This document shows, in pieces, positions 46,481 to 58,415 of a DNA stretch of 64,000 bases. This stretch comes from an uncultured Gemmataceae bacterium. GTDB taxonomy: Bacteria > Planctomycetota > Planctomycetia > Gemmatales > Gemmataceae. A program made the translations under genes and the position numbers. The notes beneath the pieces are model-generated. The model made no database searches and was not told where the DNA came from. It saw only the letters and a list, made by a program, of their open reading frames with translations. The first letter of the stretch is position 1; the number at the start of each line of letters is the position of its first letter. The DNA is taken from assembly GCA_963750165.1 (NCBI GenBank), contig CAVVPN010000012.1, positions 224,001 to 288,000 of the forward strand. The letters run 5' to 3'.

Positions 46481-46837
46481 ATGTTGCGACTGCTGGCGGA
46501 CGAAAATTTCCACGGCGACATCGTGCGCGGGTTGTTACTACGCCAGTTGGACCTGGACATCGTTCGTCTGCAAGATGTCGGCCTTTACGGTGCGGAGGAT
46601 CCGGACATTCTGGCCTGGGCCGCCGAGAACAGCCGTATTCTTTTATCCCACGACCGCGCAACCGTTCCCGACCATGCTTACGCGCGCTTGGCAGCAGGGG
46701 AGGCGATGGCAGGCGTTTTCATCCTGAATGATCGGTTCCCAGTCGGACAGGCCATTCAAGAGATCTTGCTGATGGTGGAGTGTAGTGAGCAAGCGGATTG
46801 GAGCAGCAGAGTAGTTCATTTGCCTCTGTGCAGGTGA
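46481..46837 (+). CDS. DUF5615 PIN-like toxin (VapC45-like)
   Basis: MLRLLADENF, GL.GA.DPDILAWAA...RILLSHD, GV. Confidence 0.88.
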   Translation: MLRLLADENFHGDIVRGLLLRQLDLDIVRLQDVGLYGAEDPDILAWAAENSRILLSHDRATVPDHAYARLAAGEAMAGVFILNDRFPVGQAIQEILLMVECSEQADWSSRVVHLPLCR

Positions 46838-46912
46838 ACAACAGTTTGTATATGGGATAGTCACTCAGAGCGGCGAACCCACGACGGTCTCATTATTTAA
46901 GGAAGTCCGGCA

Positions 46913-48766
46913 ATGACCGAGCGCCCCGTTACCGGCGACTGGCCGGCGCCAATCGGGACACTGCCGGCAGACTGGCCGACGGTCCCCGGCTACGAACTCC
47001 TGGGCGAGCTGGGACGAGGCGGCATGGGCGTCGTCTACCGCGCCCGTCAGGTCAATCCGCAGCGGCTGGTCGCGCTCAAGCTGATCCGCGACGGCGCCCT
47101 GGCCGGCCCGCAGGAGCGCGCCCGCTTTCGCATCGAAGCCGAGGCGGCGGGGCGCATGCGGCACCCCAACATCGTGCAGGTCTACGAGGTCGGCGAGCAT
47201 CAGGGCCGACCCTATTTCGCGATGGAACTCATTGAGGGCGGCAGTCTCGACCAGCACCTCGCCGGCCGGCCGCAGCCCGCGACGCAGGCAGCCGAACTGC
47301 TCCGCACCCTGGCCGGGGCCATCCAGCACGCTCACGAGCAGCACGTCATTCACCGCGATCTGAAGCCGGCCAACATCCTGTTGGCGTCCGTGGTCCGCGC
47401 ATCGTTGTCCGTTGCGGAAGAGCCGGCGACGGATGGCAACGGACTACGGACCACGGACTACGGAAAACCGAAGGTCACCGACTTTGGCCTCGCCAAGCGC
47501 CTCGATAGCGAGAGCACCGCCCTGACGTTCGACGGGGCCGTCCTGGGCACGGCCGGTTACATGGCTCCCGAGCAGGCCGCCGGCCGCGTCAACGAGATCG
47601 GCCCGGCCACCGATGTGTATGCGTTGGGCGCCATCCTGTATGAGTTGCTCACCGGCCGGCCCCCCTTCCTGGCCGACACCTGGAACCAGGCACTGCAGCA
47701 GGTACTCCACGAGGAGCCGACGCCGCCGAGCCGGTTGCGGGCAGAGGTGCCTTGCGATCTGGAGACGATCTGTCTCAAATGTTTGGAAAAGCGACCCGAC
47801 GGCCGCTACGCCTCTGCCGTGGCGCTGGCGGAAGATCTTGGCCGGTTCCTCACAGCGCAGCCGGTGATGGCCAAACCCATCGGGGAGCGCGAACGGTTGG
47901 CTCGCCTGGCCGAACGTGATGGTTACCAGATAATCGGCGAGAGCGGCCGTGGCCCCCGAAGCATTGTCTACCACGCCCTGTTTGGTCCACTCCGGCAGCC
48001 CGTGGCTTTGAAAGTATTTCGGGAGGGGATTTGCACGCGAGAGGTATGGGAAGACCGTGTCCAGCGGAGTGCGGATATATGGGCCGTCCTCACGCACCCA
48101 CACATCGTCCCCGTGCAGCAGGCCGGTTGGTGGGACGGCGCTCCGTATGTCGCCGTGGAGTACGTCCCGAACGGCAGCCTCGCCGCCAGGCTCGCGGGCC
48201 AACCGCAGCCCGTGCGCCAGTCCCTCGCCGTGGTCGCGCAGCTGGCGGAGGTCGTCAGTTACCTTCACCGTCAGGGGGTGGTCCACGGCAACCTGAAGCC
48301 GAGCAACGTCCTGCTCGCCGCGGACGGCATTCCTCGGCTCGTCGATTTCCGCTACACCGCGGGCCTGTCCCTGGACCCGTTCTCCGCCGAGCCCGCCGGC
48401 CTCGCGTATCTGGCCCCCGAACTGATCCGCGGCCCGGATGCCGAGCCGCGCTTCTTCACGGACATCTATGGCCTTGGCGTGATCCTGTACGAACTGCTGA
48501 CCGGAAGGCCGCCATTCGCCGGGGCCACCGCGGCGGAGGTACTGGAGCAGGTACGCTCCCAGGAACCGGTCCCCCTCACCCGTCTCAACCCCCAGGTGAC
48601 GCCGCAGCTGGAAGCGTTCTGCCTGCATTGTCTCGGCAAGAACCCGTGGAAGCGCTACGAGCGCGCATATGATGTGCTCACGCGCCTGCGCTACTTCCAC
48701 GACAACCACGACAGTCGCGTCGCGTCGGGGAAGCGCTGGCCCAGGCGACCACCGCGCGGCCGCTGA
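46913..48766 (+). CDS. tandem Ser/Thr kinase - pseudokinase protein
   Basis: Domain 1 GRGGMG, VALK, HRDLKPAN, DFG, APE; domain 2 GRGPRS, VALK, HGNLKPSN, DFR, APE. Confidence 0.9.
   Translation: MTERPVTGDWPAPIGTLPADWPTVPGYELLGELGRGGMGVVYRARQVNPQRLVALKLIRDGALAGPQERARFRIEAEAAGRMRHPNIVQVYEVGEHQGRPYFAMELIEGGSLDQHLAGRPQPATQAAELLRTLAGAIQHAHEQHVIHRDLKPANILLASVVRASLSVAEEPATDGNGLRTTDYGKPKVTDFGLAKRLDSESTALTFDGAVLGTAGYMAPEQAAGRVNEIGPATDVYALGAILYELLTGRPPFLADTWNQALQQVLHEEPTPPSRLRAEVPCDLETICLKCLEKRPDGRYASAVALAEDLGRFLTAQPVMAKPIGERERLARLAERDGYQIIGESGRGPRSIVYHALFGPLRQPVALKVFREGICTREVWEDRVQRSADIWAVLTHPHIVPVQQAGWWDGAPYVAVEYVPNGSLAARLAGQPQPVRQSLAVVAQLAEVVSYLHRQGVVHGNLKPSNVLLAADGIPRLVDFRYTAGLSLDPFSAEPAGLAYLAPELIRGPDAEPRFFTDIYGLGVILYELLTGRPPFAGATAAEVLEQVRSQEPVPLTRLNPQVTPQLEAFCLHCLGKNPWKRYERAYDVLTRLRYFHDNHDSRVASGKRWPRRPPRGR
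47386..47464. repeat. inverted heptamer element inserted in frame in the kinase
   Basis: GTCCGTGGTCCG..GTCCGTTGC / GCAACGGAC..CGGACCACGGACTACGGA between HRDLKPANILL and PKVTDFG. Confidence 0.78.
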
Positions 48767-48907
48767 CCAATGTCGGATTACAGATGCCTTCGTTCCTTCG
48801 TCTCGGGGAGAGTGCCATGCGACACACACTGCTGCTGTTGGTCACGAGTACGGCACGCTCGTTCGGCCTGCCGGGGGTAGACGAGGTGAGCAAGATGGGG
48901 GCGGCCA

Positions 48908-49510
48908 ATGAGTAGGGCGGTAATGGTGGTGTGGCTGGTCCTGCTGGCTGCCGTGTTAGCGATACCATTCCTGGGGCGCGTGTCCGACCCCGGCGAGGAG
49001 TTGACGCGGCAGACGATCCGGCTGGCGCTGCTGTTCTACGGCGTCGCGGCGGTGCTGATGCCGTGGCTGACCGCCGCAGATTGGGCCGCACTGACGCCGC
49101 GCGGCCGGGCGGTGCGGCTCTGCTGGGCGCTGGCGTGGCTGGCGTACCTCATCCATGTCGGTATGGCTTTCCACTTCTACCACCACTGGTCCCATGAGGA
49201 TGCCGTCGAGCGCACGCAGCGCGTCAGCGGGTTCGGGCCGGGCATTTACCTGTCGCATGGGTTCACGCTGGTCTGGCTGGCGGATGTGCTGTGCTGGCTG
49301 GGGTGGCCGCACCGCTACGCCCGGCGCCCGGTTTGGATGGGCGCGGCGCTGCACGGGTTCCTGGCGTTCATGATCTTCAACGCGACGGTGGTGTTCGGCG
49401 AAGGCTGGATCCGCTGGGCGGGCGGCGGACTGCTGGCGGCGGTGGTGGTGGGAGCCCTGGCCCGATCCACCTTGATTTATCGATTCGCGCTCAGGAGCGC
49501 GAATCGATAA
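48908..49510 (+). CDS. integral membrane hypothetical protein
   Basis: 5-6 hydrophobic segments; His-rich IHV..AFHFYHHWSH. Confidence 0.75.
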   Translation: MSRAVMVVWLVLLAAVLAIPFLGRVSDPGEELTRQTIRLALLFYGVAAVLMPWLTAADWAALTPRGRAVRLCWALAWLAYLIHVGMAFHFYHHWSHEDAVERTQRVSGFGPGIYLSHGFTLVWLADVLCWLGWPHRYARRPVWMGAALHGFLAFMIFNATVVFGEGWIRWAGGGLLAAVVVGALARSTLIYRFALRSANR

Positions 49511-49526
49511 ATCAAGGCCGTGGCGG

Positions 49527-51479
49527 TCACACGTCGAGGTCTTCCGCGACGGCCTGCGGCGCGTGCTGCATGATGAACTTGTAGCGCAGCCCCGGTTCCT
49601 TGCCCAGCAGCTCCGAGAACGTGCTGTCCGCTTCCAGGTTGGAGTCGATCTCCACCTTCAACAGCGTCCGCGAACGCGGGTCCATCGTGGTGGTCTTCAG
49701 GTCCACCGCTTCCATTTCGCCGAGGCCCTTGAGCCGGGTGATCTCCGGCTTGGCGTTGCCGCGCAGGCCCGCCAGGATTTCCTCACGGTGCTCGTCGTCA
49801 CGCGCCCACAGCGTCTCCTTGCCGACCTGGATCTTGTACAGCGGCGGCTGGGCGAGGTAGACGTGGCCCTTGCGAATCAACTCCGTCAGGTGGCGGAAGA
49901 AGAACGCGAGCATCAACGTGGTGATGTGGTGGCCGTCAGCGTCGGCGTCCATCAGCAGGATGATCTTGCCGTAACGCAACCCCGCCAGGTTGAACTTCTC
50001 GCCCGCCCCAGTGCCCAGCGCGCTCACCAGATCCGACAGTTCCGTGTTGGACATCACCTTGGTCAGGGCCTGGCCTTCGGAATTCAGAATCTTGCCGCGC
50101 AACGGCAGCACCGCCTGCTTGCGGCTGTCGCGGCCCTTCTTGGCGCTGCCGCCGGCCGACTGCCCCTCGACGATGAACAACTCGGATTCGTCCAGTTCAC
50201 TGCTCTCGCAGTCGGCCAGCTTGCCGGGCAGGTTCAGCCGCCGCGACGAGGCGCTCTTGCGCTTGATCTCGCTGGCCGCCTCACGCGACGCCAACCGGGC
50301 CTTGGCCGCCAGCACGATGCGGCCGATGATCTGGTCCGCCGCCGTCTTGTTGGCGTTCAGCCAGGACTCCAGCGCCGGCCGCACGAAGTTCTCCACCGTG
50401 GCAACCATTTCGGGGTTGTTCAACTTTTCCTTGGTCTGGCCCTGGAACATTGGCTCGCGCACGAACACCGACAGCACGCCGACCACGCCCTCGCGGATGT
50501 CCTCGGCGCTGATGTCCAGCCCCTTGACCTTGATCTCGTGCGTCTCCATGAACTTGCGGACAGACTTGACGATGCCGCTCTTGAAGCCGGATTCGTGCGT
50601 GCCGCCCGCCGACGTGCGGATGCCGTTGACGTAACTGCGGATCGTCTCGTCGGTCGCTTCCGTCCACTGCAAGGCGACTTCCATCTTCTCACCCCCCCAT
50701 CCCCCCCCCTTCGAGGGGGGGGATGAGGGGGGGGTGCGCGCCAGCGTGAACGGCGCCTCATGGACCGTTGGTTTCTGGCCGTCGGCGATCAGCCGGCCCA
50801 GGAACTCCGGGATACCGCCCGGGTGCGTCAGGTCGTGCGTCTCCTTCGTGACCTCGTTCTTGAAGATGATCTTCAACCCGCTGTGGATGTACGACATGTC
50901 CTCCAGGTGCGGCCTGATCTGGTCGGCGTCGAAGTGCGTCGTCTTGAAAATCTCGGGGTCCGGCTCGAAGTAGATGGTCGTGCCGTGCAGGCGGGTCGGT
51001 TCCAACTTCTCCAGCTCCGACGCCGGCTTGCCGCGCTTGAAGGTCTGCTGCCACTCGAAACCGTCGCGCTTGATCGTGGCGACCAGCTTGCGCGACAGCG
51101 CGTTCACCACCGACGAGCCGACGCCGTGCAGACCGCCGCTGTGGATGTAGTTGTCGCTGTCGCCGAACTTGCCACCGGAGTGCAGCGTCGTCAGGATCAA
51201 CTCCAGAGCGGAGCGCTTGTACTTGGGGTGCAGGTCCACGGGGATGCCGCGGCCGTTGTCCTGCACCGTCACCGCGTCGCCGCCCTTGTGAAGCGTGACG
51301 GTGATGGCGTCGGCGTGGCCGTTGAGGTACTCGTCCACGGCGTTATCGACGATTTCCCAGACGAGGTGGTGCAGCCCCTTGGGGTCCACGCCGCCGATGT
51401 ACATCGACGGCCGCTTGCGCACCGGCTCCAGCCCTTCGAGGACGGTGATGTCCTTGGCGGTGTAGGTCGCTGTGCTCAT
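49527..51479 (-). CDS. type IIA topoisomerase subunit B (ParE/GyrB family, probably topo IV-like)
   Basis: LEGLEPVRKRPSMYIG, EIVDNAVDE, DNGRGIP, GGLHGVG, EGQSAGG, PLRGKILN, DADADG. Confidence 0.93.
   Translation of the reverse strand: MSTATYTAKDITVLEGLEPVRKRPSMYIGGVDPKGLHHLVWEIVDNAVDEYLNGHADAITVTLHKGGDAVTVQDNGRGIPVDLHPKYKRSALELILTTLHSGGKFGDSDNYIHSGGLHGVGSSVVNALSRKLVATIKRDGFEWQQTFKRGKPASELEKLEPTRLHGTTIYFEPDPEIFKTTHFDADQIRPHLEDMSYIHSGLKIIFKNEVTKETHDLTHPGGIPEFLGRLIADGQKPTVHEAPFTLARTPPSSPPSKGGGWGGEKMEVALQWTEATDETIRSYVNGIRTSAGGTHESGFKSGIVKSVRKFMETHEIKVKGLDISAEDIREGVVGVLSVFVREPMFQGQTKEKLNNPEMVATVENFVRPALESWLNANKTAADQIIGRIVLAAKARLASREAASEIKRKSASSRRLNLPGKLADCESSELDESELFIVEGQSAGGSAKKGRDSRKQAVLPLRGKILNSEGQALTKVMSNTELSDLVSALGTGAGEKFNLAGLRYGKIILLMDADADGHHITTLMLAFFFRHLTELIRKGHVYLAQPPLYKIQVGKETLWARDDEHREEILAGLRGNAKPEITRLKGLGEMEAVDLKTTTMDPRSRTLLKVEIDSNLEADSTFSELLGKEPGLRYKFIMQHAPQAVAEDLDV
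50691..50735. repeat. C/G-rich palindrome inserted in frame in topoisomerase B
   Basis: 45-nt C-run/G-run hairpin around TTCGA encoding TPPSSPPSKGGGWGG. Confidence 0.85.
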
Positions 51480-51498
51480 CGCTTCTTTCACTCCACGC

Positions 51499-52056
51499 TC
51501 AGGCAAAAATCTCGTCCACCGTCATCCGCCAACCGGGCACGGCGGGCTCGGCCTCGGCGGTGTCACCGCGCCGCCAGGTCACCGGGTTCGTTGGATCGGT
51601 GGCGCGGTAGCAGGTCACGGTTTCCGCGATTGGGTCAACATCCCAAACCACCTGTGTGCCCACCACAAAATACTCTTCTCGCTTGGCGGCAATTTCGGCA
51701 TCGGCGGCGGCCCCATAACTATTTTCGCTGCGCACCTCGGCCGCGAACGTGGGTGGACCGACAACGAAACCCATGAGATTGGCCGGCAAGGGGCCGTTGT
51801 AGTAGGAGGCGTCCGGGGAAAACGACTCGCGCCCGGAAGGAAGTTGCGGGACGCCGTAACCAATACTGTCAGTGAATGCCCTTCCTTGTTTGGTTTGCTT
51901 GACGTACGCGCGAAGACCGACGTAGATGTTGCCACCGACTTCATTGGGGCGAATGCCGACAGACATTTGCACAACCCTTCCGCCAATAAGTTCGGCTTTA
52001 CCGTCCGTTCCCATCAGGTCGTCCAGGGTCGCGCGCGACTGTCCAACGGCAGCCAT
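51499..52056 (-). CDS. Uma2 family PD-(D/E)XK endonuclease
   Basis: KAELIGG, SPDASY, PTFAAEVRS, KREEYF..G..VVWDVDP, PGWRM. Confidence 0.9.
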   Translation of the reverse strand: MAAVGQSRATLDDLMGTDGKAELIGGRVVQMSVGIRPNEVGGNIYVGLRAYVKQTKQGRAFTDSIGYGVPQLPSGRESFSPDASYYNGPLPANLMGFVVGPPTFAAEVRSENSYGAAADAEIAAKREEYFVVGTQVVWDVDPIAETVTCYRATDPTNPVTWRRGDTAEAEPAVPGWRMTVDEIFA

Positions 52057-52116
52057 GACAATTCTCCCGTGATCGCTCGGGGTTCGCTACATCGCTTGCG
52101 GCGGACGAGGTAGGTG

Positions 52117-54516
<2,400 letters not shown>

Positions 54517-54803
54517 GTGCCGCTACGCTCCGCGAAGTCACTTCCTTTTTCTCAACATAAATAATTGTAGCAGGCGACTGCCTTGCTACCCAGGTCAGTT
54601 CAGCAACATCTGCAACGTCGCAAACATTTGTTATCATGCCAGTTAAAAAAAGGATAATCGACAGGTTGTGATTTTTTGTTCAGTAACCAGATGGGCGCAG
54701 GACAGCCTCGGCCGCGACCAAAAACGCTGGGAGTCGCTTCTTTCATCGGTCAGCGTCAGCGGGTACAATGAGGCAAATTTCACCCAACCCGGGAGGCAGC
54801 ATC

Positions 54804-55913
54804 ATGAGCAGGCGGCACGTCCAGCAGGGCGCGGTGTGGCTCGTCGGCCTGGCCCTGGCTTGCGCCGGGCCATCGGCGGCGGCCCAGGAGAAAAACCGAA
54901 CACAGCAGTTCATCGACCTCAGCAGAGCCTTTCAGCTGTCGCGGCCGGCTTCGGGCCTGCCCGCCGACCAGGTGAAAATGGCCCAGGAGCAGCTGGCCGG
55001 GCTGATCGCGAAGTTCATTGATGCGGAACCGGCCGACAACCTGTCGTACCAGGCGCTCGGCATGTTGTGCGGCCTGCAGCACGGCGAGGTGCAAGCACGA
55101 ACGGTGCAGCATGTGCTGAAGCACCACCTCAAGAACCCCAACCTCCCGAGCCTCATTGTCGGCCAGTGGACCACGCCGACGCCGACGCGCTCGGCGCTGC
55201 TGAAGCAGCTAGCGACGGCCCCGGACCTGCCGGAGCAGGACCGCGGGTTCGCTTGCCTGATGCTGGCACGCGACACCTACCAGCTGGCGGGCGAAACCGG
55301 CGACCGCGACCTGGCCCGCCACGCCCAGCGCTACGCCGACCAGTACGAGAAACTGGCGGCCAACCGACCCTTTCCCAACAACCTGGTGAACCCCATCAGC
55401 GTGGCGCCGGTGCTGGACGCCATCCGCAAGTTCAACATCGGTCAACCGGCGCCCAAAACAGAAACCCAGACCGTGATGAACAACGCCTTCAAGATGGAGA
55501 ACCTGCGCGGCAAGGTCGTGCTGGTCTACTTCTACACCGGGCCCAGCACCCAGTACACCAAGGTGCGGGCCTACCTGGAACCGCACCTGGCACGTCTGAA
55601 GGGCCGGCCGGTGGCGCTGGTGATGGTCGCCAGCACTAGCCCGGCACTGCTGGCCAGGAAGGTCCAGATGGACGCGGCGCCACCGGCGGCGGTGCTGTCG
55701 TCAATCAACAAGAAAGGCGGCCTCAACAACCAGCCGCTCCAGAAGGAATGGGGCGCTTACAGCTTTCCAACGGCCGTGCTCGTGGACGCCCAGGGGGCGG
55801 TGCGTTTCCGCTTCACCGTGCCGCCCGGCACGCCGTTCACGCAGGAGCCGGCGTTCCTCCAGCGGTTGGACGCGGCGCTTGACCGGCTGGTCGGCGAGGT
55901 GGTGCAGAAGTGA
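54804..55913 (+). CDS. exported TlpA-like thioredoxin-fold protein lacking CXXC
   Basis: Signal peptide; IGQPAP..LRGKVVLVYFY; WGAYSFPTAVLVDAQGAVRF. Confidence 0.75.
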   Translation: MSRRHVQQGAVWLVGLALACAGPSAAAQEKNRTQQFIDLSRAFQLSRPASGLPADQVKMAQEQLAGLIAKFIDAEPADNLSYQALGMLCGLQHGEVQARTVQHVLKHHLKNPNLPSLIVGQWTTPTPTRSALLKQLATAPDLPEQDRGFACLMLARDTYQLAGETGDRDLARHAQRYADQYEKLAANRPFPNNLVNPISVAPVLDAIRKFNIGQPAPKTETQTVMNNAFKMENLRGKVVLVYFYTGPSTQYTKVRAYLEPHLARLKGRPVALVMVASTSPALLARKVQMDAAPPAAVLSSINKKGGLNNQPLQKEWGAYSFPTAVLVDAQGAVRFRFTVPPGTPFTQEPAFLQRLDAALDRLVGEVVQK

Positions 55914-55997
55914 GCAGATAACTTACGTCCGGAGCAGCTGGCGGTGGGTGTGTCGGTGCCAGTGGTTGCCGGGTTGGGACGTGGGAGGCGCGCCATG

Positions 55998-56942
55998 TCA
56001 CGGCTTCTTCGCCGGTGCCGGTGCCGCGTCGGGGTTGGGGGCGTTGGCGTTCAGCGCCTCCGGGTTGGGGTAAGCGCGGCGGATGTTGTCGAGCGTCTGC
56101 TGGAAGTTGCCGGGGACTGGCTCGAACGCCGTCAACTTCCAGATCGCCATCAGATCGCGGCCGCGGGCGGTCTGGTTGGCGTTAATCATGCCGTCGCGGA
56201 ACGTCCTGAGCGTGGCCGCGTCCAGGGCTCCCTGCCGGTAGACGATCACCGCTGCCGGGAACACCTCCGACTTGTTGAGCACCTTTAGCCGGGCATAGCA
56301 GCCGGGCTTGACCTGCTCGTAGCACTCCAGCGCCACGCTATCGACCACGGCCGCCTGCACCTTGCCGCGGAGCACGTCGTCCAGGGCGTCCTCCACGTTG
56401 GCGTGCTGGACGATCTTGCTGAAGAACGTCGCGGGGCTGCCGCCGGCGGCGCTGGCCAGGCGGTTCAGGAACAGGTGGCAGTGCTCACGGCTGCGGCGCG
56501 GCAGCGACAGCTTCTGGCCCTTGAGGTCCGCGAAGCCGGCGGCGGTGCTGTCCTCGCGCACCACCACGTTCGCATACAACTCACGCTGGCGGTTGACGGC
56601 GACCATCAGCGGCCGCAGTTCGGGATACTTCACCTGCGCCCAGGCGAACTCGATGCCGTGGAAGACGCCCAGTTGCACCTGATTCTGGTCGAGTTGCTTG
56701 CCGAGGGCCAGGGCGTCGCCGCCCACGACCAGGGTGCCACGCAAACCGGTCTGGTCGCGCATCAGTGTCTTGAAGGGCTGCTTGGCCATTTCCACCAGCG
56801 GCGCCGGCACGTCGCGAAACAGGCTCGTGACCAGGCCGATGCGCATGGCCGTCTCTGCCCGGTCGTCTGCGGCGACCGCCCAGGGCAGCAGTAGGGCGGT
56901 CCACCCGACCACGGCCAGAGGCCAACATCTGTGTGCGGTCAT
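55998..56942 (-). CDS. PhnD-like (phosphate/phosphonate-type) substrate-binding protein
   Basis: Signal peptide; VVREDS...FADLKG, VLRGKVQAAVVD, SEVFPAAVI. Confidence 0.8.
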   Translation of the reverse strand: MTAHRCWPLAVVGWTALLLPWAVAADDRAETAMRIGLVTSLFRDVPAPLVEMAKQPFKTLMRDQTGLRGTLVVGGDALALGKQLDQNQVQLGVFHGIEFAWAQVKYPELRPLMVAVNRQRELYANVVVREDSTAAGFADLKGQKLSLPRRSREHCHLFLNRLASAAGGSPATFFSKIVQHANVEDALDDVLRGKVQAAVVDSVALECYEQVKPGCYARLKVLNKSEVFPAAVIVYRQGALDAATLRTFRDGMINANQTARGRDLMAIWKLTAFEPVPGNFQQTLDNIRRAYPNPEALNANAPNPDAAPAPAKKP

Positions 56943-57080
56943 GCGATCCTCGGCTGTTCCGTGAAGGGCGGCCGCCTGCGACGGTCCCCAGGGTCTCCAG
57001 GTTGCCTCAACCGGCGCCGGCCGGGAAGGAATCAGCTGCGACCTCGGGGTGCGACACCAGAGCGAGGTCGGCCAAAAATG

Positions 57081-58415
57081 TCAAGGCGGAGTTGCGGTCC
57101 CGACGGCCGGCTGGCGAAAGGCCGGCACCAGGCCGCCCGCGGTGATGCGTTCCAAAGCGGTGATCGCCAGGGCGTGCTGATAAAGTGCCTCGTTGTACTG
57201 GGCCTGCACCTGGTCCTGCATCGTCTCGGCCCGCAGCAGATCCTCGGAGGTCGCCTTGCTGTTGTCGAAGCGGGCGCGCACCGATTTGGCGACCGCCAGC
57301 GCCTTGGGCCGCGCCTGCTCCAGCACGCGCACCTTGCGGTAGGCGTCCTGCCACTTCAGGAAGGCGTCCTCGGTTTCCAGGGTGATCAGGTTGCGCGTCT
57401 TGTCCACCACGGCGGCGGCGCGGCCGCTCAGGTCGCGGGCGCGCTCGACGCGGTCGGGGCGGCGGCCGGCCAGCTGCGGCGGCATCTCGACGCCGATGGC
57501 CCCGGGCCGGTACACGCTATTGCTGACGCCCTGCGGAATCTCGCGCGCGTGGATATCCGAGCCCGACGCGAAGGTGCGCATGGTCAGCCCCATGCCGGTG
57601 CCCTGGGCCTGCACCTCCAGGTCGAAGATCTGCGCCGCGCTGCCAGCCTGCACCAGTTCGCCGCGACGGGCGCACGCCAGCGCGATCAACTGCCGGCGGT
57701 CGAGTAACTGGCCCAGGGGCGGCAGCGGCTGTTGCACCACAATCAACGGACAGTCCGCGTCCAGGCCCATCGCCTCCCGCAGCGCCGCCAGCGCTCGCTC
57801 CGCTCCGACCTCGGCCTCGATGACGCGCAGTTCGTACAGGTCGATGGTGACAATCAGCTTGTCCACGTCAATCTGGGTGATGGGGGAATCGGGGTCGCCC
57901 TTCTTGACGGCGGCGCGGGCGGTGTCGCGGGCGGACTTCAGGCGGTCTACCAGGCCGCGAGCCAGCGACTCCTGCTGGCGAGCGTAGACGTAGCTGAAGT
58001 AGTTCCGCGTCACGGCGTAGACGGTCTCGTATTCGTGCTGCGTCAGCCCAGCCTGGGCGATGGTAACGCCGAGGGCCGCTTGCTGGCGACGGTAGGGCAG
58101 TTCACGGCTGATGAGTCCGGCGAGGCAGAGTTTGTCCAGGGCCTGGCGCTGCGTTTCGGCGGCGGCGGCGCTGGCGCGCGACGCGGCCAGGGTCGGCTGC
58201 CGTTCCAGGCCCACGCGCACACAGTCAGCCAGCGTGTAGACCGGGGCAGGCGCGACGGTCAGCGGCGCCACCTGGGCGGGCGGCGGCGTTCCGGGAAGCT
58301 GGGCGGGCACCTGGGCGACGGCGGGGGCGGCGCCCAGGCAGGTCAGCAGCGCCGCCGTCAGGCGCAGCGGCACCTTGCGGAACCCGGGCTTGCCGGAGGA
58401 GTGCTGTGGGGCCAT
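57081..58415 (-). CDS. TolC family outer-membrane efflux protein
   Basis: YTLADCVRVGLERQP, VTRNYF, LREAMGLD, ARFDNSKATSEDLL, LERITAG. Confidence 0.8.
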   Translation of the reverse strand: MAPQHSSGKPGFRKVPLRLTAALLTCLGAAPAVAQVPAQLPGTPPPAQVAPLTVAPAPVYTLADCVRVGLERQPTLAASRASAAAAETQRQALDKLCLAGLISRELPYRRQQAALGVTIAQAGLTQHEYETVYAVTRNYFSYVYARQQESLARGLVDRLKSARDTARAAVKKGDPDSPITQIDVDKLIVTIDLYELRVIEAEVGAERALAALREAMGLDADCPLIVVQQPLPPLGQLLDRRQLIALACARRGELVQAGSAAQIFDLEVQAQGTGMGLTMRTFASGSDIHAREIPQGVSNSVYRPGAIGVEMPPQLAGRRPDRVERARDLSGRAAAVVDKTRNLITLETEDAFLKWQDAYRKVRVLEQARPKALAVAKSVRARFDNSKATSEDLLRAETMQDQVQAQYNEALYQHALAITALERITAGGLVPAFRQPAVGTATPP

